This document shows, one piece after another, positions 26,664 through 35,751 of a DNA stretch of 64,000 nucleotides. The notes under the pieces are model-generated. The model was not told the DNA's origin, searched no databases, and saw nothing but the letters and a program-made list of their open reading frames with translations. This stretch comes from Coraliomargarita sp. GTDB lineage: Bacteria > Verrucomicrobiota > Verrucomicrobiia > Opitutales > Coraliomargaritaceae. The translations under genes were made by a program, and so were the position numbers. Positions within the stretch are counted from its first letter, which is position 1, and each line of letters begins with the position of its first letter. Where the stretch lies: assembly GCA_965216325.1 (NCBI GenBank), contig OZ244160.1, forward strand, positions 2,112,001 through 2,176,000, given 5' to 3'.

Positions 26664-27869
26664 CTAGCCTAGTAGCTCTTTGATCTTGTTGAGGTCATCT
26701 TCCTTAATGTTTGGTTCAAGTTCAGGCTTATATGCATATAGAACCGTTTGGCGGATTCGTGTTCGGCCAACTCCAGTTGTCCGAAGGTAAAAGTCATCGC
26801 TGAAATTTACTTTAACGCTAGGCTGTAGCACTTCTGAGAAGTCATCTGGTCTCATTTCGATTTCCTGCAGTGGTGTGCCGTCTTTCATTGCCCAAGCTAA
26901 ATATTTTCGTAAGCAGTCTAGTAGCCCGTGCATCCCAATTGTCTTTGTTAGCGCTGAAGTGGCATCTTCAAATAAATTGGCATTTTCTGCTGCCAGTAAA
27001 TAATTTGAAACAATGCGCAAGATTAGGTCGTCTCTGTTGTTGAGATAAAGCTCACGTAGTGGAGATCGATCATTCCGAGCTTCTAGCACTCTGCGATCTC
27101 TACGATCTTCTCTCAACATACTTAGTGTATTCTTGTCTTTTTTAGGGTTTGTGGAAATTAGACGTAAGATTGCGTCAGTGACTGCGGATAAGCTAACACT
27201 CCAATCTGGACGTGTTGTAGCTTCTGGCGACGCGATTCGGTCTTTAAGTGTGGAGTTCTCATTTAGTTGTCTAGCTATTGAGATTGCTGCTTTGTCTGGA
27301 CTCCAGGTGTTTGCCTTCGATGGAGTCAGTTCGTATCCAAATAGCTCATATGCTAAATTCTTCTGAACACTTCGTTGGTTGGAGTTAATTGTCGCAAACA
27401 AGTATGCTTGAAGTGACGAGGGGAGGTCTAAGTAGATGGAACATAGCAAGTCCATATCAAGCTCAGGGTTTGATTCTAGATCTAGGCCGTCAAAGCCGTA
27501 TAATCTGTGCTGTCCATCTATAATCGAGGCTAGGCGTCTCTCGCTCGGTATGATTAGCTTCTTTGTATTTTTGTCCTCTCCAACATGCCATATGATGGAG
27601 TCATCATCCTCGATGAAACCGGCTTCAGTAATATTTGCTGCCAATATAATCGAATTCGGAAAAGCGCAATCGACGCTTTGGATGTAATCCTTTATATCTT
27701 TTGTTCTGTTCTTGTTTAGACTGCGCTGTATGCCTCTTTTGACTCCATTGTCTATGCGGAAACTGTCTGGGAATGCTAGCCTAAGTAGCTCAGAAGCCTT
27801 GAATTTGACTACATAGAAATTGCCAAATGGTTGCTCTAATCCTATAAAATCTTTTTTTAGTTCTGGCAT
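26664..27869 (-). CDS. DGQHR domain protein (PT-associated)
   Basis: QPFGNFY, GIQR, FPNSIILAAN, IIDGQHRLYGF, QAYLFATINSNQ. Confidence 0.85.
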   Translation of the reverse strand: MPELKKDFIGLEQPFGNFYVVKFKASELLRLAFPDSFRIDNGVKRGIQRSLNKNRTKDIKDYIQSVDCAFPNSIILAANITEAGFIEDDDSIIWHVGEDKNTKKLIIPSERRLASIIDGQHRLYGFDGLDLESNPELDMDLLCSIYLDLPSSLQAYLFATINSNQRSVQKNLAYELFGYELTPSKANTWSPDKAAISIARQLNENSTLKDRIASPEATTRPDWSVSLSAVTDAILRLISTNPKKDKNTLSMLREDRRDRRVLEARNDRSPLRELYLNNRDDLILRIVSNYLLAAENANLFEDATSALTKTIGMHGLLDCLRKYLAWAMKDGTPLQEIEMRPDDFSEVLQPSVKVNFSDDFYLRTTGVGRTRIRQTVLYAYKPELEPNIKEDDLNKIKELLG

Positions 27870-27878
27870 GGCTAACTA

Positions 27879-28478
27879 TTATTCTAATATCAGTCCTCCG
27901 TCGTTGTCGGGCATCTCAACTCTAGATATGGGCTTAGCATCTCCATGTCCTAGGGCATTCTCCGGGCGCGGGTCTATTATAAAACTTTCGTTATTAGAGT
28001 ATATCATCCACCATAGCAGAAGGGCGGATAAGCTAGTCGAAACTTGGATTGATTGATAGTCGGTTGGGCCGCGGTAAAGAGTATAAAGAGATCCGGCTAT
28101 AGGTATTATAGCAAAACATAGATAGATGAATTTTGTTTCTGGTTTGATTGTTTCGGATCCTTCTTTTTTGGGCAGGTAGAGCTCGGCCAGGGAAGCGGCG
28201 GAAAGAGTAAGAGAGTAGGTGGCTATGGCAAAGAGTATAGAAGTCTGACGTGTTTCTTGGGTTACTTGAGATGTTGAGTCGTTCAACATCTCAAACCACA
28301 CCCCTGTGCCTCCGATGCCGAGAATGAAGAAAGTGAAGTAGAAGACGAAAACTGGGTGCTGAAATGGTGTAGTTAGGTTCGTAACTAGTATGCCAATTAA
28401 CTTTTTCCAGTGATAGAGTGCCTGCAAGTTGTATATAGCACGCCACAATTTTATTAAGGTCGGTATGTGCTTTTCCAT
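27879..28478 (-). CDS. Hypothetical membrane protein with about 4 TM helices
   Basis: Hydrophobic segments VFVFYFTFFILGIGG, ILFAIATYSLTL, FIYLCFAIIPI, LSALLLWWMI; 9 nt upstream of the DGQHR gene. Confidence 0.75.
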   Translation of the reverse strand: MEKHIPTLIKLWRAIYNLQALYHWKKLIGILVTNLTTPFQHPVFVFYFTFFILGIGGTGVWFEMLNDSTSQVTQETRQTSILFAIATYSLTLSAASLAELYLPKKEGSETIKPETKFIYLCFAIIPIAGSLYTLYRGPTDYQSIQVSTSLSALLLWWMIYSNNESFIIDPRPENALGHGDAKPISRVEMPDNDGGLILE

Positions 28479-28651
28479 TTCAGTGGGATTGTCGTGTCTT
28501 TATCTAGGATTGCTGTGATGATGTGATCTAATTCGTAGTAATCGAGAGGACTAATCGAAAAATCAAGCTTTGCTGTCTGGTTGTCTTGAAATAATAATTT
28601 CTGAACCGTTTTTCTGTTGGCTATACATTTTGCGTTATTCGTGTTGGGCAT
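28454..28651 (-). CDS. Small hypothetical protein (65 aa)
   Basis: Co-oriented; overlaps the start of the TM gene. Confidence 0.4.
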   Translation of the reverse strand: MPNTNNAKCIANRKTVQKLLFQDNQTAKLDFSISPLDYYELDHIITAILDKDTTIPLKWKSTYRP

Positions 28652-28674
28652 CGGCTAATATTCAACGTATTAAT

Positions 28675-29406
28675 TTAAAAAGGACTATTTCTATCGGCCT
28701 TCAGGATTGCTCTTGCTTCTTGCATTTTAATCCAGCGCCTCTCAAGTGAGATTGCTCTGTGTAGCATCCGGTGGCAGTTTGCGCAGACCAAGGTGAGGTC
28801 GCTGAGTTTTGTTTTTCGTTCACCTCCAGCGGCTAACGGAAGGATGTGATGTGCCTCAAATATCGATTCGCCGAACGGGTGGTCCGGCTCGACGCAGCGA
28901 CATATTTCACATGTTAACGGCCCTGTTTTTCTTTTCTTCTCTATTAGCTTCTTTCTTAGCTTCGGATTTCGCTCTCTTCGTTTATGTGCCTCTGTCACAG
29001 TTCGTCCCTCTGCAAATTCCAAATCCTCGTCGGGCTCCTCGCCCTCTGAGGCTGAAATTTTGATCCCAGACTTAATTAGTTCTGCCAGGCGTCTTGCTTC
29101 TTCAGGTTGGCTTCCGAGTTCTTCCCATACGCGACGGTCCATTTTAGAGAAGTTACCAAGACCTTGTCCTGTTGCGACCTGACGGATGTTCTGTAGCTTG
29201 AACGATACTCCAGCAGGGTTTCGGAACGTTGGTTGTCTGGCGGCTTGAGCATGATATGGAAGTGCCCGTAGCAGGTCAGATGCCTTAATGACACGAGTGT
29301 CTGAAGCTGATGGTATTGAGCCTCCGCAGTCGAAATATAGGTCAAGGGCGAGAATTGTTTCATCTCGTGTCCATCTTGGGTTCCCATGTCCGTTCGTAAC
29401 AGCCAT
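28675..29406 (-). CDS. HNH endonuclease, McrA-like
   Basis: N-terminal WTRDETILALDLY/FRNPAGV domain; EGR...H..RERN, CEIC, EAHH..PL, CANCHRMLH; start at ATG 29406. Confidence 0.88.
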   Translation of the reverse strand: MAVTNGHGNPRWTRDETILALDLYFDCGGSIPSASDTRVIKASDLLRALPYHAQAARQPTFRNPAGVSFKLQNIRQVATGQGLGNFSKMDRRVWEELGSQPEEARRLAELIKSGIKISASEGEEPDEDLEFAEGRTVTEAHKRRERNPKLRKKLIEKKRKTGPLTCEICRCVEPDHPFGESIFEAHHILPLAAGGERKTKLSDLTLVCANCHRMLHRAISLERRWIKMQEARAILKADRNSPF

Positions 29407-29411
29407 CAATT

Positions 29412-29690
29412 CTATTCGTTGGTCGAATCCTGTCTGATGATTGAAGTAGCAAGCGCTTGAATAATTCTCGAGCAATCGTCGATGCCCAAAAGATCATTTT
29501 CTGCTGCTACTTCCATAAGAGGCAATAGATCGTGCAAAGGCAGTTCGCTCGATCCGTGTGGGCTGAAGCGGCCGGTTTCTCCATCATAGCGGCATCTAAT
29601 TGAAATTTCTCGATTATCCCAGCTGGAGCCTCCAACTTCTATTGAATGCCCCGGTGAGATGTTGCGCGTTAAGTTTGGGTCTGGATTCAT
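29412..29690 (-). CDS. Hypothetical protein (92 aa) directly upstream of the HNH gene
   Basis: ATG start; 5-nt gap to the HNH start. Confidence 0.65.
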   Translation of the reverse strand: MNPDPNLTRNISPGHSIEVGGSSWDNREISIRCRYDGETGRFSPHGSSELPLHDLLPLMEVAAENDLLGIDDCSRIIQALATSIIRQDSTNE

Positions 29691-29723
29691 ACTTAATTTT
29701 AAAATACTTAGTGCATGGGTTGA

Positions 29724-30572
29724 TTAACTTTCTTCGATTTCCTTGAGAGTTTTCCCTGACTCATCTTTCCATGCAATTGGGCCTGCGGCTCCTCCTCCAA
29801 ATATGACTGCAGCAGCTGCACTGGGTGACGAGAATTCTGTATCTTTAGTGAAACGATAATACGACTTGTCTTTGATTAAAGTCCCGTTGGTGATGAGTTT
29901 CTTTCGAAGAGCGACAACATATGGATGTTGTGTGGCTGCAGATGCACGTTCCTTGACAGTAGCGGTAGAATTCGCGTAAACGACAAAACCAGTTTCGGTT
30001 CGTCTTCCAGTTGCAACGGCGCCCTTGCTCTTACACATCAAAATTGATTTTTTACCGCTTTTGGGTTTAGTCCCAGCTATAGGAGTTAAGATGTCGGACC
30101 CTAATACTGGAAGGACCTGCTGAATACGATCGAGGAAAACTTCCATATCTTCTCTGTCTGACTCTGGAAGCTTGCTGCCGCTCTGATTAGTGTTCTCGAG
30201 TTTATATCTGCCGATCTTGTTCGCTTCCTCCATCAAGCGATTCTCTAGGTATCGGATATGGGCCTTTGTGAGATTTTCGTCTTTGCTCACAAACGCTGCC
30301 AACGAAACCCAAAATTCCTTCGCTTTGTGCTGCTTGAGCCGATCTTTGATTACCTCAGCTTCGCCAATGTAGACCAGTGGTTGTTCACTGTTTGGTGCGG
30401 TTCCAAATAAGAGGTAGACTCCGGCACTGCGAAGTTCCTCTCTTTTCACAAGTTCGTTGAGGTCTGTCCTTGGGCCGGCCAGTGCTTTCCCTGTCCAGTT
30501 CGAAACTTCCGCAGTTCGAAAGCGCTTGGCATCGCCATGTGGGAGAAAGAGCTTTATTGTAGCAGTTGGCAT
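29724..30572 (-). CDS. GIY-YIG nuclease with C-terminal DUF4357 (RAMA-like) domain
   Basis: GVYLLFG...VYIGEAE...RLKQH, YLE, N; FTKDTEFSSPSAAAAVIFG..W. Confidence 0.88.
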   Translation of the reverse strand: MPTATIKLFLPHGDAKRFRTAEVSNWTGKALAGPRTDLNELVKREELRSAGVYLLFGTAPNSEQPLVYIGEAEVIKDRLKQHKAKEFWVSLAAFVSKDENLTKAHIRYLENRLMEEANKIGRYKLENTNQSGSKLPESDREDMEVFLDRIQQVLPVLGSDILTPIAGTKPKSGKKSILMCKSKGAVATGRRTETGFVVYANSTATVKERASAATQHPYVVALRKKLITNGTLIKDKSYYRFTKDTEFSSPSAAAAVIFGGGAAGPIAWKDESGKTLKEIEES

Positions 30573-30642
30573 TCTTATTTGCGTAGGAAATGTTATCTCA
30601 GTAGATATTGGATAATTCGTGGTCGAGTCATGCGGCGATTGC

Positions 30643-33600
30643 TTATAGCTGCCAGAATGCTAGGTCCTGCATCTTTACGACTTTCTTGTCGCCATCGACA
30701 TATAGGCTGTAGTGCTTATCGAGCTCTCGGATTTGTTGCATGAAGGCTTCTTGTTCGTGCTTGTTGTCTGGGTTGAAGATACTCTGGATCTCCTGTGCCT
30801 TGAGCTGGGAGACGCGATGGATGATCCAAGTTAAGATGTAACTGGAGTAGTCTTCACCGGAAGCTTTGAAGTGAGTGAGCTCCTGTGTGGAGAGAATCGT
30901 TCCCACGCCGAACTCTCGGCCTTCTTTGAGTATCTTTTTCAGGCTTTCGAAGCCCTGCGACATGAAGTTGTCAGCCTCGTCAACCAGGATCATTTTTGAG
31001 ATCTGACGGTAGTTTCCTTCGAGCTCGGAGCTACCTGCGATGTGCATTTGTGTGTAGAACAAGTCGAGCGTCAGTGCGACGATAAGATTCTGTAGCTGCG
31101 GGTCATAGCCAGACAGGTTGATGACTGTCACGCCAGAGATCATTTCGTTCAGGGATACGGTCTTGGATGCGTCTGGTTCGAAGATCTGGAAATCAATTAA
31201 ATCACTGAACGCTGCATGGAGTGAATCTTCTTCAACCTTATCTTGGCTTTGAAGCACATTCCAGACGTCGTCCAGAGTCGGTGCATTACGTGTCCAGGTG
31301 GATGGATCGTGCGCATGAATCCCGGCATTTTCATATGCTTCGAGGATTAGCCCTCGAACCTTGCTTTGCTGCTTAACCCCTAAGCCATACGCTTTCCCCA
31401 TAGTGGTCCGGAACAGGTTGGCGGTATGGACTGGTAGCATCGGCTTGTCGCCGAAGAGGGAGAATGGATTAAAGGGCAGGTTGTAAGGCTTGTAGATCGT
31501 GGCGTTGGTCGCCTCCTTGAAGTCCTCTTTGATGTAGTCTGCTTTGTAGTCGAAGATGAGGATCCCAATCGGTTTCTCGCCGACGTTGTTGGCCTGGTTT
31601 CGATACAGCTGTGTAATCAAACTCTTGGTGAACTGGGTTTTTCCAGTTCCCATCGTGCCAATAATTCCGGTGTTCGTGTTGAACACTTTGGTTGTATTGG
31701 TCGGCTCCCAAATGATCTCGGTATTCGATAGTGTGTCAGTGCCGAACTTTATCTGAAGCGGACCTGATGGCGAAGGGGGTGTGAGGTCATCTGGTTCTGG
31801 TTGAGGATCTTCTGTTTCGGTCTCAGTTGATGATTCAGTCGGGGAATCGTTTTCGTCGGTGTGCGTCTCTTCCTCTTCTGCGTCAGCGACCGGGCAGCCA
31901 CTTGCTTTTTCTTTGGTCAGATAAGCACGCTCAGGGAGGCCAAGAATCTCCTTATTTGAGATCTTCTCAGATAGCTCTGAAAGTGGGGTCTCAAGCAACT
32001 TATCTAAGTAGCCTTGTGGAATCTGGATCTCAAGGAGGCTTTCGTCCTCGGTGCACTTCGATGATATGCAACTCGAGTTTGAGAGTATGCCTACGACGAG
32101 GCCGCTCGCGTAGTCAGGTAGATCCACGATCTGGTAGTTGCCTGACAGCAGTTCTTCGCGGAGCGGTATTTGGTCTTCCCTTAGAGTGTCACCAAAGACT
32201 CGGTAGAGCTCGAATTTCTCGACTTGCATCAGTAGCTGACGAATGAACAAGCCGCGATAGATGCTACCTTCGAGAGTGTCTTTCGAGAGCAGTCCATTGA
32301 CTAAGAAGTCTCGCAGGGCCTTGACCTGTTCTTTCGCTTTGGAGAGTGAGCCGCTATTGTGCTCTCCGGTTTTGACTTCGACTGGGAGCAGGTAGACGTC
32401 TGTTCCTTTGAGCCCGACGAATAGAACGTCGTCGGACATCTTGCCCTTGAATTGATCATTCTGGTGATAGCGGGCGAAGTCGCTCTCGGTTATTTTCAAG
32501 CCGATGTTGCCCGATACACGAACCATCTCTGCAACAGAAAGGGGGATCCAGGTGATTCCACTTTGGTTAAGCAAGCCACTTACGGTCTTCCATGCGGCAA
32601 TGATACCACGACGCTCTAATTTGATTTTCTCGTTTGAGGAAACCATTTTCAGAAGCCATTCACCATTGAAGGAGTTGAACTCTCCTAATAGATGCCTGCC
32701 GCTGTTGGAAAGCACTCGATTATACAGATCAACATGCCCGGTTACTGTAATTGCATCGTAGCCGGCGGAGTTGGTGTATTGGTCGGAGTAGTGGATGAGG
32801 ACGACGTCACCTTCGCTATCAAAGAAGCTGAGGGTGACTTTAGGGTCGATGATCGTGGTCCAAAGTGAGCTGCGATAGCATTTTTTGAGTTGTGTGCGGA
32901 AGCCGCTGCTAACTGAGAGCTGTAGGGCTGAGGAGTCTCTATAGTGCTCATTGCTCTTACGTGCAGGCATTAGCAGGTTGTTGACTAAGCGAGCAATTCG
33001 CAGGTGAGGCTTGTCCTGGCTGTCGACATTCTTGAGGCCAATAGCGGTGTAGTGGTTACCTTCGCTATGGGTTGAGGTCTCCCCGCTAAGTAGACCGTCT
33101 GCTGCGACGCCTGATTTGTGCTGCATCAGGTCGTGAGAGACTGTTGCGACCTTTTCGTTGTTCTTGTAGAACGCGATGTGACACCACTCGAACTCATCCT
33201 CCTCTTTGATGTCTGCTTCGGAGAATTTACTAAAGCTCAGTCGATTCCGGAGTAGGTCGATGATGTGATCCCCGTCGTCCCGGGATAGCGAATACCTCTC
33301 CTTGATTTTTTCATAGGAGCTCATCTCACCGAACTCTTCGAATTCAGTAATGAACTCGTCCGCACCATAGATATTGACGTGAATCGTCTGCTGCTTAGCT
33401 CGTCGCTTCTTGAGGAATTCTAGGACACCACGGAATATTTCTCGGTTTTTTCCGTTATTAAACGAATTTAGGATGAGCGGGGCTTTGTCGTCCCCCTTGA
33501 ACAGGTTGGGGAAAGTTTGCGCGAGTTCGTCAATTTTTTCGGACACTAGCCGCTCAACGTAGCTGTATGAGTTGTCTTGATGAGGGACGATCTCTAGCCA

Positions 33601-35751
33601 CAGCATGTTGTCTTCTCTCACCTGGGCATAACCAAATTCGTTTTCCTTTAGGAAGACGTATGGTATCAGCCCTTTCGGGTTAAGGCGCTTCAGCGTAACA
33701 GGCGGTAGGGTTTTGAAGCTGTGCTTGCTATCAGATGTTATCGACTCAGCGAGGTGTAAGTAATAGCTGAGGACGAGAGGGTGGAATGGGGTGATGAATT
33801 GCTGTCCTTCATAGGTCGCAAAGCCAAATTCCACGAGGCTGCGGTCTTTCTCTGCTAGCGGAGCCTCTTTAGTGATTCCGTTTAGTTCTGCTTCATATGC
33901 ATCGACTAGCTTCTTAACGAGGCGACGCATCTCTAGCCCCCAAGAGGCCAGTGATGGGCATGTCTTCTTATCTACGAAATATTGAAGTAGTGCTTCATAG
34001 GATGAAGCGATCTCCGGGAAGTCGCTCGTAAGCGTATCGATGCATTTGGGGTGATCGCCGCCGACGTAGCTGCGGGCTGTGATGATTGCTTCTTCTTTTT
34101 CAAGGAGGTCTCGCCGAGGCGAGGTAAGTCGACATTCTGTGTTGTCGAGGATTGCACGGCCTTTGGCTTTGAGGAAGCTGCCGTTGTAGCCATCATTGAA
34201 GAGCCGGGCAAAGCGCGTCTGATCGGTAAGCAATGGTAACTTTAGCGTATCAGTGTGGAGTTCGCCTTCGACTGATAGAGTTAATGAATGCCCGTTGGAT
34301 TGAAGGGTGAACTCGAGGTTGTCGGAGTTCTCATAGAGTGTCTCGTAATCTAACCTGCCGTAAGCATTCGCATCAATCGACTCGCCATTGGCGCCCAGTG
34401 TATAGCCATTGTTTAGCGTCGGTGATAGTTCTAGTTCTGTATCCTTCGTTTGTAGTGCTAGCTGCTGTTTACTCGGGAGAACTAGGAATTTATTCTTAAC
34501 TGCCTCAACATTGTAGACCCCGTCTTTGAGCAGAAGTATGCTAAAGCTGTAGCACTCTTTGTTTGATGGGCGGACTAGCTTGACTGAAAAGAACTCAGGC
34601 TGACCTGTATAGTTTTTCGGTGATAGGATAAGCTGCACCTTTCCTTTACCACGTCGGTAGATGTTCTTATCAATCTTGAGGGACTTGCTTTTTGTTGAGA
34701 TCTTTACCTGCTCGGGTGTTAAGTCCTGCTTTTCCGTTTCGAATTCGAATGTGATCTTCTGGGTGTCTGGGTCGTTGCCCATTAGGCAGATCAAATGCAG
34801 ATCTCTTCGCTGAGCAGGAGAGTCCCCTTTGGTTCTTGGGCCTACGATCTTACAGCCAATCTCGGCACTTGCTACTGAGAATACTAGGACATCGTCGGCC
34901 TGCTTCTTGCGCTCGGCATCTAAGGTAGAAAAGTCCAAGCTCTTCCAGTCACTGTCTTCTCCTGCAGAAATATGTTTGTTGATGAATTTTTCTCCAAATT
35001 CAGGAAGCCTTTCAACCACTTCAGTCGGATAGTGGTGCAATACGTCTTCGATCTTCTCCCTGAGCTTACGATTCTCTCGAAGTCGCTTATCAGTTTGTGC
35101 TGCGTTGCCTTTCCAGTTCTCGAGAAGCTCCTTGTCGTCAAAAAAACCAAGAGGCTTCAGGTCGACCTGCTTTCCTGATGTAATGGCGTCGAAGACGTCC
35201 CTGTAACCGAAAATGCTGCTTCCTTCGTCCTGAAGCAGTTGTGACTGAAGTCCAAGAATACTGTCGAGGACGGGTTTCTCCTTGATGACCGTTTCCGCAT
35301 GCTTCGAGATGCGCTTCGAGATCTCAGGGTGCGACCAGATCGATGTGTTGAGACCGTCAGAAGCCCCAAGTAACGTATCAAGAAGACTATTGTGTAGGAT
35401 CAACAGTAGTGTGCTTTCGAACGCACCCGATTGGCTTGCGACTTGGTCGCGCAACATCGAAATATAGCTCTCGGTGAAGCCAATGTCATTATCCTTGCCT
35501 GTCGCTGAGTCGCTGTGTCTGACGAAGACTAGGCGATGCTCTCCAATTTCGATGTAAGGAAGCTGTATGCCCTCATATTCGAGGGATGATGGTGCTTCTT
35601 TGAGCAGGGCTCCGTAGAGCTTCTTGCTGTCACCTGCATTTGGGAAAGGGTAGTGGTATCGTTTGCCAGCTATGGAGCTCTCATTTTGGAGCCACGAAGA
35701 CAGGATGCCGATTAGAAAATTTTCATACTGTAGGTCTGACATATACTGCAT
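30643..35751 (-). CDS. dptH: PT-dependent restriction protein DptH (DndH), with C-terminal HerA/FtsK-like ATPase
   Basis: FHPLVLSY, IHYSDQYT, SDDVLFVG...PVEVKTG nuclease-like motif, GTMGTGKTQ, ILVDEADNF, GREFGVG. Confidence 0.92.
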   Translation of the reverse strand: MQYMSDLQYENFLIGILSSWLQNESSIAGKRYHYPFPNAGDSKKLYGALLKEAPSSLEYEGIQLPYIEIGEHRLVFVRHSDSATGKDNDIGFTESYISMLRDQVASQSGAFESTLLLILHNSLLDTLLGASDGLNTSIWSHPEISKRISKHAETVIKEKPVLDSILGLQSQLLQDEGSSIFGYRDVFDAITSGKQVDLKPLGFFDDKELLENWKGNAAQTDKRLRENRKLREKIEDVLHHYPTEVVERLPEFGEKFINKHISAGEDSDWKSLDFSTLDAERKKQADDVLVFSVASAEIGCKIVGPRTKGDSPAQRRDLHLICLMGNDPDTQKITFEFETEKQDLTPEQVKISTKSKSLKIDKNIYRRGKGKVQLILSPKNYTGQPEFFSVKLVRPSNKECYSFSILLLKDGVYNVEAVKNKFLVLPSKQQLALQTKDTELELSPTLNNGYTLGANGESIDANAYGRLDYETLYENSDNLEFTLQSNGHSLTLSVEGELHTDTLKLPLLTDQTRFARLFNDGYNGSFLKAKGRAILDNTECRLTSPRRDLLEKEEAIITARSYVGGDHPKCIDTLTSDFPEIASSYEALLQYFVDKKTCPSLASWGLEMRRLVKKLVDAYEAELNGITKEAPLAEKDRSLVEFGFATYEGQQFITPFHPLVLSYYLHLAESITSDSKHSFKTLPPVTLKRLNPKGLIPYVFLKENEFGYAQVREDNMLWLEIVPHQDNSYSYVERLVSEKIDELAQTFPNLFKGDDKAPLILNSFNNGKNREIFRGVLEFLKKRRAKQQTIHVNIYGADEFITEFEEFGEMSSYEKIKERYSLSRDDGDHIIDLLRNRLSFSKFSEADIKEEDEFEWCHIAFYKNNEKVATVSHDLMQHKSGVAADGLLSGETSTHSEGNHYTAIGLKNVDSQDKPHLRIARLVNNLLMPARKSNEHYRDSSALQLSVSSGFRTQLKKCYRSSLWTTIIDPKVTLSFFDSEGDVVLIHYSDQYTNSAGYDAITVTGHVDLYNRVLSNSGRHLLGEFNSFNGEWLLKMVSSNEKIKLERRGIIAAWKTVSGLLNQSGITWIPLSVAEMVRVSGNIGLKITESDFARYHQNDQFKGKMSDDVLFVGLKGTDVYLLPVEVKTGEHNSGSLSKAKEQVKALRDFLVNGLLSKDTLEGSIYRGLFIRQLLMQVEKFELYRVFGDTLREDQIPLREELLSGNYQIVDLPDYASGLVVGILSNSSCISSKCTEDESLLEIQIPQGYLDKLLETPLSELSEKISNKEILGLPERAYLTKEKASGCPVADAEEEETHTDENDSPTESSTETETEDPQPEPDDLTPPSPSGPLQIKFGTDTLSNTEIIWEPTNTTKVFNTNTGIIGTMGTGKTQFTKSLITQLYRNQANNVGEKPIGILIFDYKADYIKEDFKEATNATIYKPYNLPFNPFSLFGDKPMLPVHTANLFRTTMGKAYGLGVKQQSKVRGLILEAYENAGIHAHDPSTWTRNAPTLDDVWNVLQSQDKVEEDSLHAAFSDLIDFQIFEPDASKTVSLNEMISGVTVINLSGYDPQLQNLIVALTLDLFYTQMHIAGSSELEGNYRQISKMILVDEADNFMSQGFESLKKILKEGREFGVGTILSTQELTHFKASGEDYSSYILTWIIHRVSQLKAQEIQSIFNPDNKHEQEAFMQQIRELDKHYSLYVDGDKKVVKMQDLAFWQL

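Noticed and set aside
26664..27869. DGQHR protein as DpdB of a 7-deazaguanine system
   Set aside because: No dpdA (TGT-like), dpdC or preQ0 synthesis genes in the window; the context is dnd/dpt
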